Assembly (NCBI RefSeq): GCF_026725475.1
Contig: NZ_CP109965.1
Coordinates: 1,333,385 to 1,365,384, forward strand
Source of the DNA: Catenovulum adriaticum
Lineage (GTDB): Bacteria; Pseudomonadota; Gammaproteobacteria; Enterobacterales; Alteromonadaceae
Length of the DNA stretch: 32,000 nt
Direction: 5' to 3'
Shown here: one piece after another, positions 9,231 to 19,449 of the stretch
Numbering within the stretch: position 1 is the first letter of the stretch
Layout of the letters: every line of letters begins with the position of its first letter
Program-made: the position numbers and the translations under genes
Notes under the pieces: generated by a model
Told to the model about the DNA's origin: nothing
Seen by the model: the letters and a program-made list of their open reading frames with translations, nothing else
Databases searched by the model: none

Positions 9231-9298
9231 ACTATTTGACAAAAGCGGCAAATCCAGCAACAATTCACCTTCTTTAAATCAGTCTGGAGCCATAATAG

Positions 9299-10231
9299 AT
9301 GCCTATCAAAATTCCTGATCAGTTACCCGCGATCCAAGTTTTGGGTGAGGAAAACATCTTTGTAATGTCTGACAGTCGAGCGCAAAGTCAAGATATTCGG
9401 CCGTTAGAGTTAGCCATTCTGAATTTAATGCCAAACAAGATTGAAACCGAAGTTCAATTAATGCGTTTATTAGCAAATTCACCATTGCAGGTGAATATTG
9501 ATTTGCTGCGTATTGATATGCATGTTTCTAAAAATACACCAGAGTCACATATGTCTGCTTTTTATCATTTATTTGATGATATAAAAAAGAACAAAAAAAA
9601 TTATGACGGCTTAATTATTACAGGTGCACCTTTAGGTTTAATTGATTATACCGAGGTAAAATACTGGGATAAAATGAAAGAAATTATGGATTGGGCACAG
9701 CAACATGTACAATCTACGTTATATTTGTGCTGGGCGGCACATGCGGCTTTGTATCATCAATATGGCTTAAATCGTTTTTTACGTGACGAAAAAATTTCAG
9801 GTGTATTTAAACACAAAACCTTAGATCCACTTGAGCCTTTAACTCAGGGTTTTGATGACGTTTTTAATATGCCACATTCACGTTATGCACAAGTGCCACT
9901 TGAGGAACTTGAAGCGCATGATAAATTGAATGTTTTAGCTAGCTGTGATGAAGGCGGCGCTTTTTTAGTTGCCAGCAAAGACAGACGAAGTGTATTTATT
10001 ACTGGACATCCAGAGTATAATGCAACCACGCTACAAGATGAATATTTACGTGATGTTAAAACTGGTTTAGAACCAGCGATACCGGAACATTATTTTCCGG
10101 ATGACAATCCGCAATTAGCGCCAAATAATGTCTGGCGAAGCCATGGTAACTTACTGTTTTGCAATTGGTTAAATCATTATGTGTATCAAGCGACACCATT
10201 TGATTTGTCTCAATTATCCGGGCAAAGCTAA
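9299..10231 (+). CDS. metA: Homoserine O-succinyltransferase
   Basis: 310 aa, collinear with E. coli MetA (MPIKIPDQLPA..., ILNLMPNKIETE, GLIITGAPLG, TGHPEYNATTL, WRSHGNLLFCNWLN). Confidence 0.95.
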   Translation: MPIKIPDQLPAIQVLGEENIFVMSDSRAQSQDIRPLELAILNLMPNKIETEVQLMRLLANSPLQVNIDLLRIDMHVSKNTPESHMSAFYHLFDDIKKNKKNYDGLIITGAPLGLIDYTEVKYWDKMKEIMDWAQQHVQSTLYLCWAAHAALYHQYGLNRFLRDEKISGVFKHKTLDPLEPLTQGFDDVFNMPHSRYAQVPLEELEAHDKLNVLASCDEGGAFLVASKDRRSVFITGHPEYNATTLQDEYLRDVKTGLEPAIPEHYFPDDNPQLAPNNVWRSHGNLLFCNWLNHYVYQATPFDLSQLSGQS

Positions 10232-10255
10232 GTTTAGGTAATTAGGTTGAATGAA

Positions 10256-10286
10256 AAAAGCGCCACAGGTTGGCGCTTTTGCATTT
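10256..10286 (+). terminator. Intrinsic terminator of metA
   Basis: AAAAGCGCCA-caggt-TGGCGCTTTT followed by GCATTTTC. Confidence 0.75.
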
Positions 10287-10403
10287 TCAAGAATCAAGTA
10301 AAATACAGGTTTTTATTTTATTACAGGCCTGTATAACAACAAATATACATTGAGTTGATGAACGCGAATTATCAACAATATAAAGGTTTTGAGAAGGTAT
10401 TGT

Positions 10404-13400
10404 ATGAGTAAACAGAGTGAAGTCAGTCAGGTTATTAAATCGCTATTAAAAGAGCGAATCCTAGTTTTAGATGGCGGTATGGGAACTATGATTCAAAACC
10501 GCAAGCTGACCGAACAAGCCTACCGTGGCGAGCGTTTTGCTGACTGGCATTTAGATGTTAAAGGGAATAACGATTTATTAAGTTTGACCCAGCCTGAAAT
10601 TATCGAAGAAATTTACAGCGATTATTTATCAGCAGGGGCTGATATTATTGAAACCAATACTTTTAACTCAACAACGATTTCAATGGCTGATTATGAAATG
10701 CAGTCTCTGAGTCGTGAAATAAATGTTGAATCAGCAAAATTGGCTCGTCGTATAGCAGATAAGTTTACCGCTCAAAACCCGGATAAACCTAGATTTGTCG
10801 CAGGTGTTATTGGCCCAACTAGTAAAACAGCTTCTATCTCTCCTGATGTAAATGACCCCGGCTTTCGTAATGTCAGTTTTGATGCATTGGTTAATGCTTA
10901 TACGGAATCAACAGAAGCGTTAATTGAAGGCGGCGCCGATTTAATTTTAATAGAAACTATTTTCGATACGCTTAATGCTAAAGCGGCTGGTTTTGCGGTT
11001 TTGCAAGCATTTGAAAATACGGGTATCGAATTACCTATTATGATTTCGGGGACCATTACTGATGCATCCGGTCGAACATTATCAGGTCAAACCACAGAAG
11101 CTTTTTATAATTCGCTTCGCCACCTTCAACCAATTTCGATAGGTTTAAACTGTGCGTTAGGCCCAGCTGAGCTTCGCCAATATGTTGAAGAGCTTAGTCG
11201 AGTATCTGATTTTGCTGTTTCAGTACATCCAAATGCAGGTTTACCTAATGCGTTTGGTGAGTACGACTTATCGCCGGAAGATATGGCCATTCATATTAAA
11301 GAGTGGGCTGAATCAGGCTTTTTCAACATTGTGGGTGGTTGTTGCGGCACCGCCCCTGAACATATTGCAGAGATTGCAAAAGCGGTAAATGGGGTGACAC
11401 CACGCGAAATTAAACCGCGCGAAGTTGCCTGTCGTTTATCTGGTTTAGAGCCTCTTACGATTAATAGCAGCTCGTTATTTGTAAATGTTGGTGAACGAAC
11501 CAATATTACGGGTTCTGCTAAATTTAAACGCTTAATAAAAGAAGAGCTTTATGACGAAGCCTTAGATGTTGCACGCCAACAAGTTGAAAATGGTGCGCAA
11601 ATCATCGACATTAATATGGATGAAGGCATGTTAGATTCACAAGCTGCGATGGTGCGCTTTTTAAATCTGATTGCCTCAGAGCCTGATATTTCTCGTGTCC
11701 CTATTATGATTGATTCATCTAAGTGGGAAATTTTAGAAGCGGGCCTTAAATGCATCCAAGGCAAAGGCATTGTTAACTCTATTAGTCTGAAAGAAGGTGA
11801 AGAAAAATTCATTGGACAAGCTAAATTATTAAGACGTTATGGCGCCGCTGTTATTGTTATGGCATTTGATGAAGATGGCCAAGCAGATACACGCGCTCGC
11901 AAATATGAAATTTGTAAACGCTCTTATGATGTTTTAGTTAACAAAGTTGGATTTCCGCCAGAAGATATTATTTTCGATCCGAATATTTTTGCCGTTGCAA
12001 CTGGTATTGATGAGCATAACAACTATGCAGTCGATTTTATTGAGGCATGTAAAGATATTACTGATAATTTACCTCATGCAATGATCTCTGGTGGTGTTTC
12101 AAATGTATCATTCTCGTTCCGTGGTAATGATCCCGTTCGAGAAGCCATTCATGCTGTATTTTTATATTATGCGATAAAAAATGGCCTAACTATGGGTATC
12201 GTTAATGCAGGTCAGTTAGCTATTTATGATGATATTCCAGCTGAATTAAAAGCTGCGGTTGAAGATGTTGTTTTAAACAAAACCGATGAAGCAACAGAAA
12301 ACTTACTCGCGATTGCAGAAAATTATCGTGGCAGTGGTGCCAAAGCAGAAGATCCAGCCGCACAGGAATGGCGTAGTTGGGACGTGAAAAAACGTTTGGA
12401 GTATTCGTTAGTTAAAGGGATTACTGATTTTATTGAAGAAGATACAGAAGCCGCTCGTCAAGTTTCTGAAAAACCACTGCATGTGATTGAAGGGCCGTTA
12501 ATGGACGGCATGAATGTAGTAGGCGATTTATTTGGTGAAGGCAAAATGTTTTTGCCACAAGTGGTCAAATCTGCCCGAGTAATGAAACGAGCGGTTGCTT
12601 ATTTAGAACCTTACATCGAAGCCCAAAAAGAAGAAGGCCAAACCAACGGGAAAATTTTATTAGCCACGGTGAAAGGTGATGTTCACGATATAGGCAAAAA
12701 TATTGTAGGTGTGGTGCTGCAATGTAATAACTATGAAATTGTTGATTTAGGTGTCATGGTGCCAGCAGACAAAATACTAAAAACGGCGATTGAAGAAAAA
12801 TGTGACATTATAGGTTTATCAGGTTTAATTACACCCTCGCTGGATGAAATGGTTCACGTGGCAAAAGAGATGAAACGCCAAGGTTTTGAATTGCCATTAC
12901 TGATTGGTGGTGCGACGACCTCAAAAGCTCATACCGCTGTAAAAATAGAGCAGCAATATGAACATCCGGTAGTTTATGTACCTAACGCTTCTCGTAGTGT
13001 CTCGGTTGCATCATCTTTATTAAGTAAAGAGTTACGTCCGGCATTTGTTAAGCGTATAGATGAAGAATATGAGCGAGTTCGTGAACAACATGCTAACCGT
13101 GGACCTCGTACCAAATTAGTCAGTTACGAAGCAGCCCAAGCGAATCGCTTCCCGTTGTCTTTTGAAAATTACACACCAGTAAAACCCAAAAAATTAGGTA
13201 TAACTGAGTTACAAGATGTATCTATCAGTGATATTCGCCAATATATCGACTGGACACCTTTCTTTTTAACTTGGCAGCTAAGCGGTAAATATCCTGCTAT
13301 TTTACAACATGAATTAGTCGGTGAAGAGGCGCAAAAATTATTCAATGATGCTAATCAAATTTTGGATACCATTGAGCGTGAAGGCAAAATTAAAGCCAAA

Positions 13401-14102
13401 GGTATATTTGGTTTATTTGCGGCTGCGCGCCAGGGCGATGATATTAGTATTTTTGAAGATGAAAACCGTAACTCAGAGTTAATGCGGGTACATCATTTAA
13501 GAAACCAAGGTGAGAAAAAAGCGGGCCAATACAACCGAGCATTAAGTGATTATATTGCCGATGCAGACTCAGGCATTGATGATTACATAGGTGGCTTTGC
13601 GGTAACTGCTGGTTTTGGTGTCGATGAATGGGCGAACGAGTTTTTAGCTGAGCACGACGATTACAATAGCATTATGGTAAAAGCAATCGCCGATCGATTA
13701 GCTGAAGCCTTTGCTGAATATTTACATCTTAAAGTGCGTACCGAATACTGGGGTTATGCACCGGATGAAGATTTAAATAATGAAATGCTCATTCGTGAAA
13801 AATATCAAGGTATTCGTCCGGCTCCAGGTTATGCAGCTTGTCCAGAACACACAGAGAAAAAGCTATTATGGCAGTTACTGGATGTTGAAAACCGAGTTGG
13901 AATTAGCCTAACTGAAAGTTGTGCTATGTGGCCGGGCGCTTCCGTTAGTGGTTGGTATTTTGCTCATCCAGATAGTAAATATTTTGCGGTTGGTAAAATT
14001 AAGCAGCAGCAAGTTGAAAGTTATGCTGAGCGTAAAGGCATGACACTCACAGAAGCTGAACGTTGGTTAGCACCTAACTTGGATTACGATCCAGACGCAT
14101 AA
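10404..14102 (+). CDS. metH: Cobalamin-dependent methionine synthase
   Basis: Full-length collinear similarity to E. coli MetH: the Hcy-binding, pterin-binding, B12-binding ([11 protein letters not shown]) and AdoMet activation domains are all present. The true start is most likely ATG at 10404 (MSKQSEV...), not the TTG at 10389 in the ORF track. Confidence 0.95.
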   Translation: MSKQSEVSQVIKSLLKERILVLDGGMGTMIQNRKLTEQAYRGERFADWHLDVKGNNDLLSLTQPEIIEEIYSDYLSAGADIIETNTFNSTTISMADYEMQSLSREINVESAKLARRIADKFTAQNPDKPRFVAGVIGPTSKTASISPDVNDPGFRNVSFDALVNAYTESTEALIEGGADLILIETIFDTLNAKAAGFAVLQAFENTGIELPIMISGTITDASGRTLSGQTTEAFYNSLRHLQPISIGLNCALGPAELRQYVEELSRVSDFAVSVHPNAGLPNAFGEYDLSPEDMAIHIKEWAESGFFNIVGGCCGTAPEHIAEIAKAVNGVTPREIKPREVACRLSGLEPLTINSSSLFVNVGERTNITGSAKFKRLIKEELYDEALDVARQQVENGAQIIDINMDEGMLDSQAAMVRFLNLIASEPDISRVPIMIDSSKWEILEAGLKCIQGKGIVNSISLKEGEEKFIGQAKLLRRYGAAVIVMAFDEDGQADTRARKYEICKRSYDVLVNKVGFPPEDIIFDPNIFAVATGIDEHNNYAVDFIEACKDITDNLPHAMISGGVSNVSFSFRGNDPVREAIHAVFLYYAIKNGLTMGIVNAGQLAIYDDIPAELKAAVEDVVLNKTDEATENLLAIAENYRGSGAKAEDPAAQEWRSWDVKKRLEYSLVKGITDFIEEDTEAARQVSEKPLHVIEGPLMDGMNVVGDLFGEGKMFLPQVVKSARVMKRAVAYLEPYIEAQKEEGQTNGKILLATVKGDVHDIGKNIVGVVLQCNNYEIVDLGVMVPADKILKTAIEEKCDIIGLSGLITPSLDEMVHVAKEMKRQGFELPLLIGGATTSKAHTAVKIEQQYEHPVVYVPNASRSVSVASSLLSKELRPAFVKRIDEEYERVREQHANRGPRTKLVSYEAAQANRFPLSFENYTPVKPKKLGITELQDVSISDIRQYIDWTPFFLTWQLSGKYPAILQHELVGEEAQKLFNDANQILDTIEREGKIKAKGIFGLFAAARQGDDISIFEDENRNSELMRVHHLRNQGEKKAGQYNRALSDYIADADSGIDDYIGGFAVTAGFGVDEWANEFLAEHDDYNSIMVKAIADRLAEAFAEYLHLKVRTEYWGYAPDEDLNNEMLIREKYQGIRPAPGYAACPEHTEKKLLWQLLDVENRVGISLTESCAMWPGASVSGWYFAHPDSKYFAVGKIKQQQVESYAERKGMTLTEAERWLAPNLDYDPDA

Positions 14103-14136
14103 CAACTCATATGCTTAAATTTAGCCAGTTGGCCGT

Positions 14137-14170
14137 ATAAATCCCACATTTTTGTGGGATTTATATTTTA
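14137..14170 (+). terminator. Intrinsic terminator of metH
   Basis: ATAAATCCCAC-attttt-GTGGGATTTAT followed by ATTTTA. Confidence 0.75.
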
Positions 14171-14181
14171 ATTAACATGAA

Positions 14182-15069
14182 ATGGTAGGGCTTTTTGTGA
14201 ACTCATCGAAGGGCATTCGTCTTAATAAATTTATCAGTGATTCAGGTTATTGCTCGCGTCGTGAAGCCGATAAGTTGATCGAACAACAAAACGTAACTAT
14301 TAACGGAAAAGTGCCGGAATTAGGCACCAAAGTGATGCCAACTGATTATGTAGAGGTAAAAGGGAAACGGATATTTTCTAGCCCTAAAAGTAAAGTTGAT
14401 AGGGTTTATATTGCTTATAATAAACCTGTTGGTATTACCTGCACTACAGAGCGTGATGTTAAAGGCAATATTATTGACGCGATTAAACACAGAGAGAGAA
14501 TTTTTCCGATAGGGCGCCTAGACAAACCCTCTGAAGGGTTAATCTTTTTAACCAGTGACGGCGACATCGTTAATAAAATTTTGCGGGCAGGCAATAATCA
14601 TCAAAAAGAATATATAGTGACAGTTGATAAAACAGTTACTCAAGATTTTGTCGATAAAATGGCATCCGGCATTCCTATTTTGGAAACAGTGACGCAACCT
14701 TGCCAGGTGGAAAAAGTTAGTCGTTTTGTCTTTAAAATTATTTTAACCCAAGGCCTGAATCGTCAAATTAGACGCATGTGCGAATATTTAGATTACCAAG
14801 TCGTTAAACTCAAACGCACACGAATTATGAATGTTAAATTAGGCGATTTAAAAAAAGGCCAATGGCGTGATTTAACAGAACAAGAAATGCACGAAATAAA
14901 CCAAGCAGTTGCTGACTCAACTAAAACAGCAGATGTAAATGAGCAAGTGAGTAGCGTAAATCCGAGCGCCAGCAAAACAAAAAAAGAAAAAGTTTTTATT
15001 CAAGTTGCTAAACCTAAAAAGATTGAAAAGCCTAAGTCGGGTCGTGCCAAACTCAGTTTAAAAAGATAG
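14182..15069 (+). CDS. rluF: 23S rRNA pseudouridine synthase, RluF-like (RsuA family)
   Basis: It has an S4 domain ([22 protein letters not shown]), the catalytic motif [28 protein letters not shown], and a Lys-rich tail like E. coli RluF. GTG at 14197, with an AGGG about 6 nt upstream, may be the real start. Confidence 0.85.
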   Translation: MVGLFVNSSKGIRLNKFISDSGYCSRREADKLIEQQNVTINGKVPELGTKVMPTDYVEVKGKRIFSSPKSKVDRVYIAYNKPVGITCTTERDVKGNIIDAIKHRERIFPIGRLDKPSEGLIFLTSDGDIVNKILRAGNNHQKEYIVTVDKTVTQDFVDKMASGIPILETVTQPCQVEKVSRFVFKIILTQGLNRQIRRMCEYLDYQVVKLKRTRIMNVKLGDLKKGQWRDLTEQEMHEINQAVADSTKTADVNEQVSSVNPSASKTKKEKVFIQVAKPKKIEKPKSGRAKLSLKR

Positions 15070-15312
15070 CTTAAGAAATTAACTGAAAGTTTAAATTTTA
15101 TATTTTTGATTTAATTAAATATTTCAGTTAAATGAAATGTAGATGAATATAAAATGACATTTATATTTCAGTTTGAAATAAAAGTGTCATATAAAGTTAA
15201 TATAATCTCTCGTATTATCAAAATTAAGCTTAACTTTACTTAGTCTAAGTTGCTTGAATTAAGCTTAATTATCGCTAATCTTAAGCTGTTACTTTTAATG
15301 TGGGACGACTCT

Positions 15313-16260
15313 ATGAAATCTGTTTTTTACACTGCGCTTGCAACGTCTGTTTTGTTAACTACGGCTGCTCAAGCTCAATCTGATTTATTAACTGTTTATG
15401 GCAGAGCAAATATTTCGCTGCAGTTTTCAGAGTCGGATGAAACTGCAACTGATTTAAAGAGCAATAGTTCAAGGTTTGGCGTTAAAGGTGAAGCTAAACT
15501 GGAAAATGATTTAATTGCAATTTATCAAGCTGAGTTCGGGGTTGATTTTACCGATGAGTCTAAAGAACAAAACATCACGGCTCGTAATCAATATGTTGGT
15601 TTAAAAGGCCACTTTGGGCAAGTTAGATTAGGCCGAATGGACACAGCTCATAAATTTTCACAAGGCAAAGTCGATTTATTTAACAATTATAACGCCGATA
15701 TTAAAAGATTGTTTTCGGGCGAAATTAGAGCTAATGATTCAATTACTTATATTTCACCAAGCTACAACCAATTTTCGTTAGGCGTGACTTACTTAACGCA
15801 GGAAGAAAACGACGCAGCTGAGCGAGACAGTGCTGGCTTGTCAACTGCCCTAATGTACGGCGACAAAAATTTGAAGAAAAGCAGCTTATATTCAGCTTTG
15901 GCTTTGGATAATGATGTAAAAGGCGAAGACCGAGTTCGTTTTGTCGTGCAAAAATCTTTAGGTCAATTTACTTTAGGTGCAATGGCCCAACGTCAAAAAA
16001 ATAATAATTCAGGTGAGTCAGCGACAGGCTATTTGTTGAATGCGGCTTATCAAAGTGGAGAATTTAAGTATAAAGTTCAGCACCAATTAATTAATGGTGA
16101 TAGAGAGCGCAGCACATCTTCTATCGGTGTTGATTATAAGTTAGGCAGTGCTACGAAAGCTTTTGCATGGCTTAGCTATGATGATCACTACGAAAATAAC
16201 GATATTGTTATCCAAGATCGCCGTACCACAGTTGCGTTCGGGCTTGAACACAAATTTTAA
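15313..16260 (+). CDS. Outer-membrane porin (Gram-negative general porin family)
   Basis: From ATG 15313 the protein begins with a signal peptide (MKSVFYTALATSVLLTTAAQA). It has alternating beta-strand character, an SRFGVKGE motif, and a C-terminal ...FGLEHKF ending in Phe. The upstream extension in the ORF track is unlikely to be translated. Confidence 0.8.
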   Translation: MKSVFYTALATSVLLTTAAQAQSDLLTVYGRANISLQFSESDETATDLKSNSSRFGVKGEAKLENDLIAIYQAEFGVDFTDESKEQNITARNQYVGLKGHFGQVRLGRMDTAHKFSQGKVDLFNNYNADIKRLFSGEIRANDSITYISPSYNQFSLGVTYLTQEENDAAERDSAGLSTALMYGDKNLKKSSLYSALALDNDVKGEDRVRFVVQKSLGQFTLGAMAQRQKNNNSGESATGYLLNAAYQSGEFKYKVQHQLINGDRERSTSSIGVDYKLGSATKAFAWLSYDDHYENNDIVIQDRRTTVAFGLEHKF

Positions 16261-16272
16261 TTTTATTAACTA

Positions 16273-16294
16273 AACCTCAACTCGGGTTAAGGTT
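16273..16294 (+). repeat. Solo copy of the 20-22 nt dispersed motif AACCTCAACTCGGGTTAAGGTT
   Basis: It matches 20/22 positions of the reverse complement of 27213-27233 and 16/18 positions of 26989-27006. It lies between the porin stop and the porin terminator. Confidence 0.7.
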
Positions 16295-16323
16295 AACTTA
16301 TCTTTATTTTAGTAAAATACCTA

Positions 16324-16350
16324 AAAACCACAGCCTTGCTGTGGTTTTCT
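16324..16350 (+). terminator. Intrinsic terminator of the porin gene
   Basis: AAAACCACAGC-ctt-GCTGTGGTTTT. Confidence 0.8.
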
Positions 16351-16371
16351 ATATCTAATTCTTTTTACCGA

Positions 16372-16404
16372 CTGTCATATTTTTGAAATGAATTTGTCAT
16401 AACA
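16372..16404 (+). promoter_or_regulatory. Pho box-like PhoB site upstream of pstS
   Basis: The sequence CTGTCAT-ATTT-TTGAAAT-GAAT-TTGTCAT-AACA has 11-bp phased 7-mers. The first matches CTGTCAT at 7/7 and the third at 6/7. It lies about 50-80 nt upstream of the pstS ATG. Confidence 0.6.
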
Positions 16405-16450
16405 TATGGCGACACAAGAAATATAGATAAAATCGGCTATTGGAGCATGT

Positions 16451-17416
16451 ATGAATCTAAAAACTATTATTAAGTATGTAGGTTTTCTAACGACTTTCTT
16501 GATCACCAGTCAAGCCAGCGCGATTGATAATAACTTACCTGAATACCAAAAAACGAGTGGTGTTTCAGGAAAAATATCATCTGTAGGCTCAGATACGTTA
16601 GCCAATATGATGACATTTTGGGCTGAAGAATATAAAAGAATATACCCAAATGTGATGATTCAAGTGCAAGCAGCTGGTTCATCAACTGCACCGCCAGCAT
16701 TAACGGAAGGCACTGCGCAGTTTGGTCCTATGAGCCGTTCGATGAAATCAAAAGAAATTGAAGCATTTGAAGAACGCTTTGGTTACAAACCAACAGCCGT
16801 GCGGGTTGCAATTGATGCACTGGCTGTATTTGTAAATAAAGATAATCCAATTGAAGGACTATCGATTAAGCAAGTCGACGCTATTTTTTCCTCAACTTTA
16901 AAGTGCGGGTCGAACACAGATAGTAAACGTTGGGGTGAGTTAGGTTTAACGGGTGACTGGGATCGTAAAGATATTCAATTGTTTGGTCGTAACTCGGTTT
17001 CTGGTACTTATGGGTATTTTAAATCTAAAGCTTTATGTAAAGGTGATTTCAAAAATAATGTCAATGAACAACCGGGTTCTGCTTCTGTTGTGCAATCTGT
17101 TTCGTCTTCGTTAAATGCGATAGGATATTCTGGTATAGGCTATCGCACTTCGGGCGTTAAAGCGGTTCCTTTATCAAAACGCGGAAGTGGATATGTTGAT
17201 GCGACTATTGAAAACGCAGTTGCTGGTAAATATCCACTGTCACGCTTTTTATATGTGTATGTGAATAAGCATCCGAATAAACCGCTTGATCCATTAACGG
17301 CTGAATTTATCACTATGGTTTTATCAAAATCAGGCCAATATATTGTTGAAAAAGATGGTTATATACCGTTACCCGCGGTTATCGCAAAAAAAGAGCTGGC
17401 TAAATTAGGCTTGTAA
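16451..17416 (+). CDS. pstS: PstS-family periplasmic phosphate-binding protein (PBP-like-2 type), orphan with no adjacent pstCAB
   Basis: It has a signal peptide and the motifs [37 protein letters not shown] and [10 protein letters not shown], typical of phosphate ABC substrate-binding proteins. Confidence 0.8.
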   Translation: MNLKTIIKYVGFLTTFLITSQASAIDNNLPEYQKTSGVSGKISSVGSDTLANMMTFWAEEYKRIYPNVMIQVQAAGSSTAPPALTEGTAQFGPMSRSMKSKEIEAFEERFGYKPTAVRVAIDALAVFVNKDNPIEGLSIKQVDAIFSSTLKCGSNTDSKRWGELGLTGDWDRKDIQLFGRNSVSGTYGYFKSKALCKGDFKNNVNEQPGSASVVQSVSSSLNAIGYSGIGYRTSGVKAVPLSKRGSGYVDATIENAVAGKYPLSRFLYVYVNKHPNKPLDPLTAEFITMVLSKSGQYIVEKDGYIPLPAVIAKKELAKLGL

Positions 17417-17446
17417 GCAAACGACTGCAAGCTCTAGATGTTTTTT

Positions 17447-17480
17447 AAAGCTGTGAATTTGTATTCACAGCTTTTTTTTT
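17447..17480 (+). terminator. Intrinsic terminator of pstS
   Basis: AAAGCTGTGAAT-ttgt-ATTCACAGCTTT followed by a T-run up to 17480. Confidence 0.85.
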
Positions 17481-17496
17481 GGCTAAAATGATTGAT

Positions 17497-17509
17497 TGAA
17501 AATTTTTCA
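17497..17509 (+). promoter_or_regulatory. MetR box upstream of glyA
   Basis: TGAAAATTTTTCA exactly fits the MetR consensus TGAA-N5-TTCA, including a central A/T. It is about 105 nt upstream of the glyA ATG. glyA is MetR-activated in E. coli. Confidence 0.5.
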
Positions 17510-17613
17510 GTTTGATGATGCAATAAAAACCATTAACAAATAGTAGGCATAAGCCGAAGAAAATTATACAATGCGCCTTTTAAAATTTACTGCGCTTTTT
17601 AACAGGAGAAACC

Positions 17614-18870
17614 ATGTTAACACGTGACATGAATATTGCTGATTTTGACCCTGAGTTATGGCAAGCCGTTCAAGATGAAACGGTTCGTCAGGAAGAACAT
17701 ATTGAATTAATCGCTTCAGAAAACTATGCGAGTCCTCGTGTACTTGAAGCTCAAGGTTCTCAACTAACTAATAAATATGCTGAAGGCTATCCGGGCAAAC
17801 GTTACTACGGTGGTTGTGAGCACGTAGATGTCGTTGAGCAATTAGCAATCGATCGCGCAAAAGCATTATTTGGTGCAGATTACGCGAATGTCCAGCCTCA
17901 TTCAGGCTCGCAAGCCAATGGTGCAGTTTTTCAAGCTTTATTACAACCTGGCGATACTGTGTTAGGGATGAGCTTAGCGCATGGTGGTCACTTAACACAC
18001 GGCGCACATGTTAACTTTTCAGGAAAACATTACAACGCAATTCAGTATGGATTAAACCCAGAAACGGGCGAAATCGATTATGAACAGGTAGAAGCGTTAG
18101 CCTTAGAGCACAAACCAAAAATGATTATTGGTGGTTTCTCAGCTTATTCTTTAGTGGTTGATTGGGCTCGTTTACGTGAAATCGCAGATAAAGTTGGTGC
18201 TTATTTATTAGTAGACATGGCGCATGTTGCAGGTTTAATTGCGGCTGATGTTTACCCTTCTCCAATGAAGTATGCAGATGTTGTTACCACAACGACTCAT
18301 AAAACATTAGCTGGCCCGCGCGGTGGTTTAATTTTATCGGCGAAAGGCGATGAAGATATTTATAAAAAATTAAACAGCGCAGTTTTCCCTGGTGGTCAAG
18401 GTGGTCCTTTATGCCACGTGATTGCTGCTAAAGCGGTTGCTTTTAAAGAAGCAATGTCAGACGAGTTTAAATCGTACCAGCAGCAAGTGGTTAAAAATGC
18501 ACAAGCTATGGTTGAAGTATTACAAGCGCGTGGTTACAAAGTGGTTTCTGGTAAAACTGAAAATCATTTATTCTTAGTTGATTTAATCGACAAAGATATT
18601 ACAGGTAAAGAAGCAGACGCTGCACTAGGCAAAGCAAATATCACGGTTAATAAAAACTCAGTTCCAAACGATCCACGTTCACCGTTTGTTACGTCTGGTT
18701 TAAGAATCGGTACACCTTCAATTACTCGTCGCGGTTTTAACGCAGATGATGCCAAAGCATTAGCGGGTTGGATTTGTGATGTATTAGATAATATTGAAAA
18801 CGAAGAAGTCACTAATACGGTTAAGCAAAATGTATTAGATATTTGTAAGCGCCTTCCGGTTTACGCTTAA
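17614..18870 (+). CDS. glyA: Serine hydroxymethyltransferase
   Basis: 418 aa with canonical SHMT motifs ([40 protein letters not shown]). An AGGAG lies upstream of the ATG. Confidence 0.97.
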   Translation: MLTRDMNIADFDPELWQAVQDETVRQEEHIELIASENYASPRVLEAQGSQLTNKYAEGYPGKRYYGGCEHVDVVEQLAIDRAKALFGADYANVQPHSGSQANGAVFQALLQPGDTVLGMSLAHGGHLTHGAHVNFSGKHYNAIQYGLNPETGEIDYEQVEALALEHKPKMIIGGFSAYSLVVDWARLREIADKVGAYLLVDMAHVAGLIAADVYPSPMKYADVVTTTTHKTLAGPRGGLILSAKGDEDIYKKLNSAVFPGGQGGPLCHVIAAKAVAFKEAMSDEFKSYQQQVVKNAQAMVEVLQARGYKVVSGKTENHLFLVDLIDKDITGKEADAALGKANITVNKNSVPNDPRSPFVTSGLRIGTPSITRRGFNADDAKALAGWICDVLDNIENEEVTNTVKQNVLDICKRLPVYA

Positions 18871-18908
18871 TAGAATTAATGTCGATTTATCGAATTAATT
18901 GACCTAAT

Positions 18909-18932
18909 CAGGCCGCTTATGCGGCCTGTTTT
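18909..18932 (+). terminator. Intrinsic terminator of glyA
   Basis: CAGGCCGC-ttat-GCGGCCTG followed by TTTT. It lies inside the ORF-track 5' extension of nrdR, which argues for the later nrdR start. Confidence 0.8.
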
Positions 18933-18948
18933 AATTATAAGGTTTGAT

Positions 18949-19416
18949 ATGCATTGCCCATTTTGTGCAACACAGGAAACCAAAGTGATCGACAGCCGCT
19001 TAGTTGCGGAAGGCCATCAAGTTAGGCGTCGTCGTCAATGTTTAGATTGCTTAGAGCGATTTACAACGTTTGAAACTGCTGAGCTTGTGATGCCAAGAGT
19101 TATAAAAACAGATGGTTCACGTGAACCCTATCATGAGAACAAGCTGCGAGCAGGGTTAATGAGAGCGCTTGAAAAACGACCTGTGAGTACAGAGCAAATT
19201 GAAACTTTAATTAGTCAACTTGAATCGGCCCTAAGAGCAACGGGCGAACGTGAAGTCGAAAGTAAGTTAATTGGTAATATACTAATGGAAAAAATCAAAC
19301 AAGTGGATCAAGTCGCGTATGTTCGATTTGCCTCTGTTTACCGTTCGTTCCAAGATATCAAAGAGTTTGGTGAAGCAATTGCCGGTTTAGATGATAAAAC
19401 GGCTAAACACAACTAA
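18949..19416 (+). CDS. nrdR: Transcriptional repressor NrdR
   Basis: From ATG 18949 the protein reads [42 protein letters not shown] (a zinc ribbon), followed by an ATP-cone domain. Confidence 0.95.
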   Translation: MHCPFCATQETKVIDSRLVAEGHQVRRRRQCLDCLERFTTFETAELVMPRVIKTDGSREPYHENKLRAGLMRALEKRPVSTEQIETLISQLESALRATGEREVESKLIGNILMEKIKQVDQVAYVRFASVYRSFQDIKEFGEAIAGLDDKTAKHN

Positions 19417-19449
19417 GCTGAATAAAATTCAACGCTAGGCCAATTACAG

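Noticed and set aside
10232-10403. A cobalamin or SAM riboswitch, or a clear MetR site, upstream of metH
   Set aside because: There is no B12-box-like (GCCACTG) or SAM-riboswitch-like element. The only candidate is TGAACGCGAATTA (10359-10371), with 2 mismatches in the second MetR half-site, inside a GTTGAT-N11-ATCAAC inverted repeat. That is too weak to call as a feature.
10389-10403. N-terminal extensions of ORF-track models: metH from TTG 10389, nrdR from 18919, the porin from 15250, and the glycosidase from 30487
   Set aside because: Homolog N-termini, signal peptide and lipobox positions, and the glyA terminator lying inside the nrdR extension all favour the internal starts. These are 10404, 18949, 15313 and 30451.
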